57,216 bases of DNA. It comes from a virus (taxonomy: Duplodnaviria; Caudoviricetes). Every line of letters begins with the position of its first letter. The first letter of the stretch is position 1. Both the position numbers and the translations under genes were made by a program. A model generated the notes under the pieces. It did not search any database and had not been told where the DNA came from. It was given only the letters and a program-made list of their open reading frames with translations. Location of the stretch: IMG/VR virus record IMGVR_UViG_3300035182_001074, positions 1 to 57,216 of that record; one strand, given 5' to 3'. Positions 28,292 to 36,560 of the stretch are shown one piece after another.

Positions 28292-28594
28292 TTAGGCGTC
28301 ATTCGTTGCGGAAAAAACACACTTGAACTCTGAAACATTGGCATCAATCCACCATGCCTCACCAAATTTGTTGTGGTGATCTGGCAGCTTGTGAGCTTCT
28401 CCCTCGACCTCATATATGACCGTCCGGCCAACCTTCATCGCCCATGCCATCGCAGCTTGAAGGGTTGTGAATCCTCGCACAGGCTTACGAATGTAGCCAG
28501 TTTCCCTATAGAGGCGAGCCTTCCGTTCTGTGGTCGCGTGGTATAGCCTAACTGTGCGCTTAACTAGGGCCTCTCCTTCATTGCTCTGGTTCAT
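28292..28594 (-). CDS. Hypothetical protein, possible ADP-ribosyltransferase-like fold
   Basis: GGAG RBS; LYHAT motif near the N-terminus; bounded by attC-like sites. Confidence 0.6.
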   Translation of the reverse strand: MNQSNEGEALVKRTVRLYHATTERKARLYRETGYIRKPVRGFTTLQAAMAWAMKVGRTVIYEVEGEAHKLPDHHNKFGEAWWIDANVSEFKCVFSATNDA

Positions 28595-28667
28595 GTTGTT
28601 TCTCCTTGGCTCACGACAGATCAGGCTAGCTGGTCGCGAATGACGAAGTCGTCATCAATGGCATTTA

Positions 28668-28970
28668 TCATGTCCGCTCCTGCCAGTGCGTCGGCAGTTG
28701 AAATCCCTTCAGCTTTTCTTGGCCCACACCGTCGCTGGCATAGGACCACCAGCCCTCCCACTCTTCCAGGCGGTCCCAGCCAAAAAAGTATTGCCCGAAG
28801 TCTTCCCATTCCTCGCGGCTCCTATACCATGCGGGACGCACGACCGCCACGCCTGCGCAGTCCAGCAGCACCAGCACTTCTGTTCCGTTTCGTGGAGCTG
28901 TCTCAATCGGCAGCCACACGCCCAACCGAGTGCTGCACTCGGATCCTTCCTCGGGTGTGTTCTGATTCAT
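28668..28970 (-). CDS. DUF551-like protein
   Basis: WLPIETAPRNGTEVLV...PTHW; GGAGG RBS before MNQNT. Confidence 0.75.
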   Translation of the reverse strand: MNQNTPEEGSECSTRLGVWLPIETAPRNGTEVLVLLDCAGVAVVRPAWYRSREEWEDFGQYFFGWDRLEEWEGWWSYASDGVGQEKLKGFQLPTHWQERT

Positions 28971-29036
28971 GTTGTTCCTCCATGGCCCATAGCAGAGCTG
29001 GTTAGCTGGTTCTGTGATGTGAAGATCGGTGGACAC

Positions 29037-29366
29037 TTAACACGGCATATGGGGGAGCGACATCAGTCGGTTCGCAACCCTTGAATGGGTGATGAGAAAT
29101 GCTGAGGCTTCAGCTTCATAGGTTGGAGCCACGATGCGCTTCTGTCCTGCAATCCCACGGAGAACGCAGGTCGCATCGCGAGCGTATGCTCGCAGCTCGT
29201 TGAGTTCAGCCTGCATCGCGAGCTGAGTTGTAGTGAAGGATGGTAGCTCGTTGGGCATGCCGAGCAGATCGTTGAGTGCTTCACGAGCAGCATCGCACAC
29301 GCCAGTAGGAGCATAGGCGATGGCTGTACGAACTTGGGAGAGTAGCTCGGCTCGGTCACTTGGCAT
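29037..29366 (-). CDS. Hypothetical protein
   Basis: ORF tiles with its neighbours; helical composition. Confidence 0.5.
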   Translation of the reverse strand: MPSDRAELLSQVRTAIAYAPTGVCDAAREALNDLLGMPNELPSFTTTQLAMQAELNELRAYARDATCVLRGIAGQKRIVAPTYEAEASAFLITHSRVANRLMSLPHMPC

Positions 29367-29562
29367 CGGAGGAATCCAGCATTGTGGCACCCGAGAATGC
29401 GGGCGGAATCTGCGAAGCCACAGAGGCATCAGACATCAGCTTTGCGAGCTCGTCTCGAAGTTTGCGGTAGCGTTCCTCGTGTGCCTTGATGATGGCATCG
29501 CGAAAAGTCTCCTCAATCTGGAGAATGTTGCTCTGGATTGCATACTTGCGGAGAGGATCCAT
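29356..29562 (-). CDS. Hypothetical coiled-coil protein
   Basis: GAGG RBS before ATG 29562. Confidence 0.5.
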   Translation of the reverse strand: MDPLRKYAIQSNILQIEETFRDAIIKAHEERYRKLRDELAKLMSDASVASQIPPAFSGATMLDSSDAK

Positions 29563-29570
29563 GGTGTGCC

Positions 29571-29840
29571 TCAGAAGGAGAAATAAAGAGTTAAGAGATA
29601 GAACAGAAGGCCGATGACAGATACCAGCATAAGGATAAATCCTTTGCTCGCTGGCTTCCAGAACTGCCACCACTGCGGAGTCGCATTGCGGGGCTGCCAA
29701 TGTGCTCGTGTGATGCTCTTGCACCTATTACCAATGCCAAGTCGTTTGCGCCTGATGGTCGTTCTGATGCTCGGCATCAATGACCATCCAGCTGTGAAGA
29801 CGAAAATTAAAACTAAGAGGTATAAAACTGCTAGCGACAT
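29571..29840 (-). CDS. Small two-TM membrane protein
   Basis: AGGAGG RBS; hydrophobic N- and C-termini. Confidence 0.6.
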   Translation of the reverse strand: MSLAVLYLLVLIFVFTAGWSLMPSIRTTIRRKRLGIGNRCKSITRAHWQPRNATPQWWQFWKPASKGFILMLVSVIGLLFYLLTLYFSF

Positions 29841-29848
29841 ATCTCCTC

Positions 29849-30271
29849 CTAGCTGAACGACGACAGAAGGACAGCAGAGACTCTCGGCCATCCAAGAACG
29901 AGTGGGATGTGATACAATTGCACCCTTCGCATGAGACCAGGAAGGTCAGTTTCTGCTTCAACTGAGCATTCCCCAGGAATGAACAGGATGCTGTCTGTGC
30001 TCTTTATGTGGATGATCGTAACAGCATTGCCGCCACTAGCCACGTGGTGTTCTAGCCAGTATGATTGCCGAGGCCGATATTTGACCCGACGTGGAATGGT
30101 CTGCTCCTCCTTCACTTCTACCCAGCCTGCTATTCGAGTTGCTTTGTGAACGCAAGCATCATCAGGGATGCCAGGAGCTGTTGTGTGGCTCTCGATGCGA
30201 TCAAACTTCCATCCAAGTAGAGTTAGCTCTGTCCTGAATGTTTTGTTGAACGCAGATTCTTTGATGGCCAT
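29849..30271 (-). CDS. PD-(D/E)xK nuclease (VRR-NUC / Holliday junction resolvase-like)
   Basis: RIE...PGIPD...WVEVK...RPRQ..W; adjacent to the SNF2 helicase. Confidence 0.8.
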   Translation of the reverse strand: MAIKESAFNKTFRTELTLLGWKFDRIESHTTAPGIPDDACVHKATRIAGWVEVKEEQTIPRRVKYRPRQSYWLEHHVASGGNAVTIIHIKSTDSILFIPGECSVEAETDLPGLMRRVQLYHIPLVLGWPRVSAVLLSSFS

Positions 30272-30274
30272 TGC

Positions 30275-32074
30275 CTACTCCATGAACAATGATATTGGGT
30301 CGCGAGTGATCTGATCTGCAATCTCTTTTTTCTCCCTAAGATCAGTCACGATCTTCTTGTCGATGCCTGTGGTGTAGATGTCTGTGTAAAGGACGCTGTC
30401 GTGGATCTCAGACCCAATGCGATGGTTGCGGTCTTCACTCTGCATACGAATGCGCAGCGAGAAGCTGTTTGTGTAATAAAAGGATTGCTCCGCAGCAGTC
30501 AATGTCAGGCCCACTGCTGCTGCCTTGGACGCAAGGAACCATCTAGGCTTGTCGCTGTCCTGGAATCGTTTGATCGCAGCGGAGCGAGCAGCATCACTCA
30601 CCCCACCGTGATATTCCACGAACTCACCCATCTGCTCCTTACGCAGCAACGCTGCAATTGCCGCGATGTCCTCTCGGCTATTGGTTGCGTTCACCCAGAT
30701 AATTGCCTTACCTCGCGCATACCCAAGCAGCGTAAGCAGCGCCTCTTGTCGGCGATTCTTGGCCTCTAAGGGTATGGCAGCCTCGCCGGATGAGAAGGGC
30801 TGCCAGCCACAAGTGATCTGCTGCAGCCGGATCAGCTTGGTCAGTGCAATTTCTTGGGCGAGCTTGGCCCCGTTCTCCTTCCCGAATACTTCTTGCAATT
30901 CTCTGATCGCCTGACGCCGAACAGCGTCATAGGCTTGCTGCTGGAACTCAGACATCTCAAAGAAGTGACGTTTGTATAGTTTGGGTGGTAGGGATGGCAG
31001 AACATCTTTCTTAAGCACACGATGAGAGTTGCCATCAAGGATGTCAGCTAGAACCTCAATGTGCTTGTATCCTACCACGCTGTGCTGTTGGAACCCACCC
31101 ATGATACAGAACTGGGCTTTGAAGCTCGTGAAGGTGTCATAGCCAAGGATCAGAGGATCAAGGAATCTGAATTGTGAGAACAGATTCTCAACACCCTCTG
31201 TGATTGGCGTCCCATTGAGGATGCGTTTGTATTTTGCTAGCTTGCCAACCCTGGTGATGAACTCTGTCCTCTTGGTTCCTGGGTTCTGGATGGTGTTTGA
31301 TTCATCCACTACGAGCAAGCAGCGATGGTTTGTTAGGAACTCAGTGATGAGATCCTTCGCTGCCTGAGCAGTGAATCCTTCAACATTGAAGGCTACCACG
31401 GTGCATGGCCTTCGTTTGCGCAGCTTGTATGGCTGTGATTCTCCCTCAAGCATCTTGCGTTCGTTTTTATTTGCACCAGTGTGATAGGTGAGCAGCTTGG
31501 CAGGAATCCGATCAGGGAGGTGGGCAGGAAGCTCCTCAACGATCCAATTTGTATGGACACCATTTGGTGCAATCACCACCATGACATCCACCTCGTCTTT
31601 CTCCCAGAGGTAAGCGAATGTGTCAATTGCAACCTTGGTCTTCCCACATCCCTGCTCATACAGTATTGCAAAGTTGCGCAGGTCACGGCTGATGATAAAT
31701 CCGTGGCGCTGGTGTGGGAATGGGACTGTTTTGAACTCATAGCCTGAGTCGTCTATCAGCTGCTCCTTCTTCAGACCGCGCATGGTCTGCTCTTGCATCT
31801 TCACCGAGACGTAATCATTCATGTATGATGCTGCCTCGCTGCTCCACTCTGCAGATGGCCAGTTGTCCAGGATGAACTGGATGTTGGCACCCGTTGGCCT
31901 GAAGACCAGCGTGCGTTCAACCCAACGTTTGTGGCCAGGAAGAGACCCAAGCAGAGCAAAGCAGCGAGGCACATCACAATCAATAGCAAGGCATTCGATC
32001 TGCGGTTTGTAATCGCCAGTTGATGGATCATATTTGGTGATCCTCATTGGCTTGCGCATCTCAGATGCTTCCAT
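30275..32074 (-). CDS. SNF2-family (SF2) DNA helicase
   Basis: EQGCGKT, VVDES, LNGTP, GLTLTAA and QSEDRNHRIG. Confidence 0.92.
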   Translation of the reverse strand: MEASEMRKPMRITKYDPSTGDYKPQIECLAIDCDVPRCFALLGSLPGHKRWVERTLVFRPTGANIQFILDNWPSAEWSSEAASYMNDYVSVKMQEQTMRGLKKEQLIDDSGYEFKTVPFPHQRHGFIISRDLRNFAILYEQGCGKTKVAIDTFAYLWEKDEVDVMVVIAPNGVHTNWIVEELPAHLPDRIPAKLLTYHTGANKNERKMLEGESQPYKLRKRRPCTVVAFNVEGFTAQAAKDLITEFLTNHRCLLVVDESNTIQNPGTKRTEFITRVGKLAKYKRILNGTPITEGVENLFSQFRFLDPLILGYDTFTSFKAQFCIMGGFQQHSVVGYKHIEVLADILDGNSHRVLKKDVLPSLPPKLYKRHFFEMSEFQQQAYDAVRRQAIRELQEVFGKENGAKLAQEIALTKLIRLQQITCGWQPFSSGEAAIPLEAKNRRQEALLTLLGYARGKAIIWVNATNSREDIAAIAALLRKEQMGEFVEYHGGVSDAARSAAIKRFQDSDKPRWFLASKAAAVGLTLTAAEQSFYYTNSFSLRIRMQSEDRNHRIGSEIHDSVLYTDIYTTGIDKKIVTDLREKKEIADQITRDPISLFME

Positions 32075-32090
32075 ATTCGCTCCTCAAGGA

Positions 32091-32119
32091 TGCTGCCCCA
32101 GGACCATCCTGGGGCAGCA
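32091..32119 (-). promoter_or_regulatory. 13-bp perfect hairpin upstream of the helicase RBS
   Basis: TGCTGCCCCAGGA-CCA-TCCTGGGGCAGCA; no U-tract. Confidence 0.55.
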
Positions 32120-32131
32120 CATTGGACAATG

Positions 32132-33181
32132 CTAGCGCAGCTCAATGAATCCGTGCTCAGCGTCCCATTTCGCGTCGGTTGCACGCCCACCAGCCTTAAT
32201 GTAATCCTCGTAGGTCATGCCATCCACAATCAGGTTGAAGCTGGCATAGCCAATGCTTCCTTCCCGGCGAGGATTGTCCTTGACGAGCTTGTAGATGCAC
32301 TTGCCAGCAAAATTGCTACGTGGCGACCGAGGTGCTCCAGGGACGCGAGGCTCGCGGGGTGCCTTTGGCTCTCGTTTTGACTTCACATCTTTGATGTTCT
32401 TGAGGTCTGGCTTTGCCTCGCCAAGAGGGAATTCTCTGCCCTTGTCAGTTAGGGTGACGTAGTAGAACGGATCAGTTGCTGTCACCGTGTCATCTTCAAT
32501 ATCAACGCAACCAAGACGCTTGAGAGTGTCCAGCTCTTTGATTGCAATGTCCACAGCCACTTTGGCTGCGAGGGACACTTCGTGGCTCGTTGCAACCTCT
32601 TCCTCGTTAGCAACCTTGCGCTGCTTTATGATGGACCGAACAAACCAGAGCACTGCAGCAGCTCGGCTCTGAGACGTCAGCTCAGCCGGAAGGCCACGCT
32701 GTGGTTTGCGTTCACAAGCACGAGTCTTTCCGGCAGCTTCCAGCTCACTGCCCTTCATTTTCGATTGAGCCTCCAGGAGGAGCTTAGCTGCATTGGCGAA
32801 GTCTGGATCATCAGACCGCACTCCTGCTGCTTCAAGAGAGCCCATTTTAGCGTCGCTCGCCTCCTGCTTAGCAGCCTGCGCAGCAGCCTTGGCCTTCTCT
32901 CGGTCAGCTGCCTTGGCTTGCTCACGGTCCGTCTTCTCCTGTAGCTTCTTAGCTTCTGCAGCAAGAGCAGCTTCGTATTTGGCGATGATGCTCGGATCAA
33001 CCTTTACTGATTTCATTGCCTGGATAAACTTGCTCGTATTGGCAATAGCAAGACCATGCAGCCTCAGCTCAGCAGTCTTGCGATCCTTGAATTTCTTGAC
33101 TTCAGTCTTGCTGAGCTTGTTGTAGCACCCAACGATTTCTGCAGTGCTAAGCTCGAGGATGATGCTGTCAGGCCCTGGCAT
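32132..33181 (-). CDS. Putative DNA-binding protein: coiled coil, winged-HTH-like segment and C-terminal NPRREG domain
   Basis: LDTLKRLGCV..YYVTLTDKG (MarR-like wing); C-terminal domain paralogous to 33273-33512 and 46522-46710. Confidence 0.65.
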   Translation of the reverse strand: MPGPDSIILELSTAEIVGCYNKLSKTEVKKFKDRKTAELRLHGLAIANTSKFIQAMKSVKVDPSIIAKYEAALAAEAKKLQEKTDREQAKAADREKAKAAAQAAKQEASDAKMGSLEAAGVRSDDPDFANAAKLLLEAQSKMKGSELEAAGKTRACERKPQRGLPAELTSQSRAAAVLWFVRSIIKQRKVANEEEVATSHEVSLAAKVAVDIAIKELDTLKRLGCVDIEDDTVTATDPFYYVTLTDKGREFPLGEAKPDLKNIKDVKSKREPKAPREPRVPGAPRSPRSNFAGKCIYKLVKDNPRREGSIGYASFNLIVDGMTYEDYIKAGGRATDAKWDAEHGFIELR

Positions 33182-33272
33182 TGATTTCTCCCTTTGAGTT
33201 TGCGGCTACTGCCGCGACTTGGACGCTGTTGCTTGTTGACTTGGATTCGTTTGTGCTTCTTGTGGATGAGTG

Positions 33273-33512
33273 CTACTTCGGCTTCCTGCTTGTGAGATGG
33301 ATGTTGTTGTGGGCGATGTCCCAGCGCAGATCCGTTGTTCTTCCTCCGAGCTCAATGAACTTGGCCACAGTCATACCATTCTTGATCAGCGCGAAGGAGG
33401 CATGACCAAGGGTGCCCTCCTTGCGCGGATTGGTCTTCACGTCCTTGATGATGATGAGGTCGGGGCGAGTGATTGTGCCACGAGTGTTCTTGGTGGTGGA
33501 CTTCTTAGCCAT
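33273..33512 (-). CDS. Stand-alone NPR(R/K)EG-domain basic protein
   Basis: [19 protein letters not shown]...F...GG...DL.WD. Confidence 0.75.
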   Translation of the reverse strand: MAKKSTTKNTRGTITRPDLIIIKDVKTNPRKEGTLGHASFALIKNGMTVAKFIELGGRTTDLRWDIAHNNIHLTSRKPK

Positions 33513-33559
33513 GATAGGTTCCTTTGCTTTGGTTGATGGGAAGGGAACTGCTGATTGAA

Positions 33560-33781
33560 CTACTTGTTGGCACGCCTGCGGTCCTTCTTGCGCTCACTGC
33601 GTGACGGCCTGCTTGTGCTGGTAGGTGCTTCGGCCACAGAAGGAGCAGGCTTCAGGCTGTCCTTCCACTCCTTCTTACAGCAGTAGGCCCAGATGTCTGG
33701 ATGGCTAGCCATCTTTGCGGCTGCTAGCTGGTCAGCGACTCGGTAGATGTCACCCGTCGGTTTATACTTGATGCACTTCAT
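33560..33781 (-). CDS. Small basic hypothetical protein
   Basis: GGAGG RBS; MKCIK...RV.D..A...W.Y..K.EWK. Confidence 0.65.
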   Translation of the reverse strand: MKCIKYKPTGDIYRVADQLAAAKMASHPDIWAYCCKKEWKDSLKPAPSVAEAPTSTSRPSRSERKKDRRRANK

Positions 33782-33822
33782 AGGTATTTCCTCCATGCAG
33801 GCCGTTAGGCCAAGGAACAAAT

Positions 33823-33851
33823 GCCCCACCACACACGATGCGTGGTGGGGC
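33823..33851 (-). terminator. Probable terminator after the DUF932-like gene
   Basis: GCCCCACCAC/GTGGTGGGGC stem followed on the - strand by ATTTGTT. Confidence 0.55.
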
Positions 33852-33872
33852 TGGTCAAACTATTTCAGAAGG

Positions 33873-34955
33873 CTACACTCCAACCAGTTCATCTTCATCA
33901 ATTTCATTCTTTTTGGGCATACGCGCAAGGTCGCTGTAGTCCTTGGCGCCCATCTGCATGATGCGCCCACCCAGAGCTTGCAAGTCCATGGCACGATCAT
34001 AGCTGTCTGTTACATTTGCAAGAACCGTCACCGCATTCGCCAGCCCCCAGCGGCTGTAATCCTTAGACTCAGCCAAAGAGATCAGCGCAGATTCAGCCTC
34101 CGGCTTCAGCAGGTTGTAACGTGCTGCCAGAGACTCAACCACCATTGTCGGTTCAGCCGGAAGCTCCTGATCTGCTACGTCGCGCAGCGTGTTCAGTGTC
34201 TTCTCGAACATTTCTCTGCTGGCCATCGTCTCAAGATATTCAGCCAGTTCGGCGATCATTGCTCGTGTCTTCAGCATCTGCGTTGCGCTGCTCAAGGCGA
34301 TCCATCCGTCTTCTGCTTCCAAGTAGCTGCCTCCAATGTGGGCTCGTCGTCGCACTTGATCAGCAATGGTCATGCCATTCGTGCAGGCCAGGCGATAGAT
34401 GAGAGGAGATACGCTCAAGGCACCCTTGCCGACTTCAGAGTTGCGGATGACAACTCCATAGCGCACCACATCACCCTTGCGGATTTCGCCTTCAATTTCC
34501 ATCGTGGCCTGAAGATGCATGTAGTCATCACTGACATTGGATGACTCGATCTTGGCACCAAGTCGTTCCAGCACAGGATACATTCCATCAAACACAAGCT
34601 CATTGTCAATGCGCCGATAGCTATCAGACAGGAACGCACGAGCAGCGCCATTTAGCGTGCGCACCATTCGCCGCCCTTCTGCTTTCTGGATCAGAGTATT
34701 GAAGTTGTGGACCAGCAGATCAGGGAACTGCTGTTCCAGGCGCTGGGCAAATTTCCTTGGCATGCCAAGGTAACCAGTCACCTGTGAGCTAGTGTGGTGG
34801 CTCATGGTTAGGTCGTGGTCTCCAACTTCAAGATGGATGACCTTGTTCTCGTTACGGAACTTGATGGTGTTGCTTGGCGCAACCAGATCTTCTTTGCCGC
34901 TGGCGTGTGCCACGATGGTAGTTACGAACTCAGATGGGGTCATGCCCTTGATCAT
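33873..34955 (-). CDS. DUF932-like phage/plasmid early protein
   Basis: RAFLSDSYRRIDN, NSEVG.G and RLACTNGM motifs; AAGGAG RBS. Confidence 0.8.
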   Translation of the reverse strand: MIKGMTPSEFVTTIVAHASGKEDLVAPSNTIKFRNENKVIHLEVGDHDLTMSHHTSSQVTGYLGMPRKFAQRLEQQFPDLLVHNFNTLIQKAEGRRMVRTLNGAARAFLSDSYRRIDNELVFDGMYPVLERLGAKIESSNVSDDYMHLQATMEIEGEIRKGDVVRYGVVIRNSEVGKGALSVSPLIYRLACTNGMTIADQVRRRAHIGGSYLEAEDGWIALSSATQMLKTRAMIAELAEYLETMASREMFEKTLNTLRDVADQELPAEPTMVVESLAARYNLLKPEAESALISLAESKDYSRWGLANAVTVLANVTDSYDRAMDLQALGGRIMQMGAKDYSDLARMPKKNEIDEDELVGV

Positions 34956-35001
34956 TGCGTCTCCTTTATTGGCGCACATGCGCCACTAGGGTTGTGGTTG
35001 A

Positions 35002-35214
35002 CTACATCCCTCTCTTGGCCAGCATGCGATTGAGGCAGGCAGTTAGGCCAGATAGGTAATCACGCTGTTCGTTGATAGCAGTTTGGATATCAGAGGCACC
35101 TAGAGGATCAGCAAGTTCCAGCTGATCCTCTAGATCGCACAGCCTGTCTTCTTCTTGCCGGATTCGTTTGCGTGCTTGTTCGATGGCAGGGTCAGATCGA
35201 GTCGTCTGGTTCAT
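35002..35214 (-). CDS. Small coiled-coil protein
   Basis: ATGA overlap with the upstream gene. Confidence 0.6.
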   Translation of the reverse strand: MNQTTRSDPAIEQARKRIRQEEDRLCDLEDQLELADPLGASDIQTAINEQRDYLSGLTACLNRMLAKRGM

Positions 35215-36110
35215 CTCGCTGCCCCAGCCAGTCGCTCGCCAAGGCTGATCTCCTCGCCAACTTCACGACCAGCATTGTATGCTTTGATGTCTTTGCGCGC
35301 AAGTTCACGCTGCTGCTGGCGCTGATATTTTTCCCACCATCGCTTGCTTGCCTTGGCTTCCTTCTCCTTCTCAGCAGCACTCTTCTCCGGCGCTGGCTCG
35401 GCTGCTCGCTGCTCCTTCCAGCGATCGCGCGCAGCCATTGCGCGAGCAAATGCACCTTCGCCATACCACGCGTCGTAGTTGGCCTCGTATTCTGTCTTAA
35501 CCAGCGACCGAATCATCAGGCCAGTTTCCTTCACCTCTGTATTAGCAGAAGGTGCAGGGTTCTGCATGGCATAAGCCTTTTGCCGGATTCGCTCTCCCAG
35601 GCGCTCGGCACACCCTTCTTTCCAGCTCACGCCTGACTTTGAGTTGCGTTCCTTGTTGCGGTATGGGCACAGATCCTCAATGAGCTCCGCCAGCCAGCCA
35701 TACATGCACATGACTGCGGCAACATTGGATTCCTTTCCAAGGATCATGTGTCGCTTGACTTTGTGGCGGTAGCTCTTTCCTGCACTCACCCGTTCTTCAT
35801 CCTCCAGCATCTCAGCTACCCAATACCAGCAGTAGTTAGCTTCAGCAATGGAACGGCACAGGTCACGCTGCCACTTATACATGGCGCTACGATCGATCTT
35901 GGTCTGCTCCCTCTTCTCCTTCTGTGGAGCTGTTCCGCCTTCAACCTCAGCTGCTTTGATTGTGGCCATGTCAAGGTTGTATTTCGCCAGCAGTTCTTGG
36001 GCACGACCCATCGCTAGCGCAGCCTCATTCTCGTTTGTGGCCTTGTTGCCCAGATTCAGTAGCAGCTGAATCTTTCGAACAATCTTGTCATTGATTGCTT
36101 CAGCCATCAC
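35211..36110 (-). CDS. DUF2786-domain protein
   Basis: KIQLLLNLG...NENEAALAMGRAQELLAKYNL and C-terminal AY.AG...G..I.L. Confidence 0.85.
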   Translation of the reverse strand: MMAEAINDKIVRKIQLLLNLGNKATNENEAALAMGRAQELLAKYNLDMATIKAAEVEGGTAPQKEKREQTKIDRSAMYKWQRDLCRSIAEANYCWYWVAEMLEDEERVSAGKSYRHKVKRHMILGKESNVAAVMCMYGWLAELIEDLCPYRNKERNSKSGVSWKEGCAERLGERIRQKAYAMQNPAPSANTEVKETGLMIRSLVKTEYEANYDAWYGEGAFARAMAARDRWKEQRAAEPAPEKSAAEKEKEAKASKRWWEKYQRQQQRELARKDIKAYNAGREVGEEISLGERLAGAAR

Positions 36111-36448
36111 CAGACTCCTTGAGCAGCTTCAGCCTGATTGCTGTGTTCTTCTTCTTTCAGGTAGACGACGTAAAGTCGCTTGCCAGATTCACAGGCAACA
36201 TAGCTGCCACCATCGTCAATCTTGTCGCCAGCCGCAATTGCTGCATTGAGTTTCCTCATCACAAAGGCAACGTCGCAATCACTGATGCTCTTAGGATCCA
36301 ACGCATGCCCGTTAGCCTTCTTGTATGCCTCGCGATCTGTGGTAGAGGGAACGAAATGCTTCCCGGAACAGCCGCAGCAGCATTTTCCGGCTCGGCCACT
36401 GTAAACACTGAGCACTTCGTCTAACGTAACTAGCTTTGTGCGCGTCAT
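36107..36448 (-). CDS. Hypothetical early protein (CCCGC motif)
   Basis: AAGGAG RBS; YSGRAGKCCCGCSGK; downstream of hammerhead 1. Confidence 0.75.
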   Translation of the reverse strand: MTRTKLVTLDEVLSVYSGRAGKCCCGCSGKHFVPSTTDREAYKKANGHALDPKSISDCDVAFVMRKLNAAIAAGDKIDDGGSYVACESGKRLYVVYLKEEEHSNQAEAAQGVW

Positions 36449-36473
36449 GGCACACTCCTTTGTTTTAGTTGAG

Positions 36474-36546
36474 CGATCTGGCTCATCAGCGACTGGGGAT
36501 CATTCCAGCCGGACGCCTGCTGCCTCACACAGCAGGCGTTTCGCCA
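36474..36546 (-). ncRNA. Type II hammerhead ribozyme 1
   Basis: UGGC-GAAAC-GCCUGCUG/CAGCAGGC-GUC-CGGCUGG/CCAGUCG-CUGAUGA-GCCA; complete catalytic core. Confidence 0.93.
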
Positions 36547-36560
36547 TCTCAAACGCGGTT

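Larger units (their letters stand above)
26937..29007 (+). mobile_element. Array of integron attC-like sites (no integrase; CALIN-like)
   Basis: Six RYYYAAC-N5-L-box half sites (26937, 27175, 27761, 28198, 28546, 28920) and L-box/GTTRRRY ends at 28006-28024 and 28277-28297, plus a degenerate one at 27794-27813. Confidence 0.65.

Noticed and set aside
27955-28431. 158-aa ORF as a single real gene
   Set aside because: Its 5' half overlaps 28292-28594 in another frame. Only the part from about 28302 (MTPNN...SECSARLG...PNEKFTG) may be a decayed cassette ORF.
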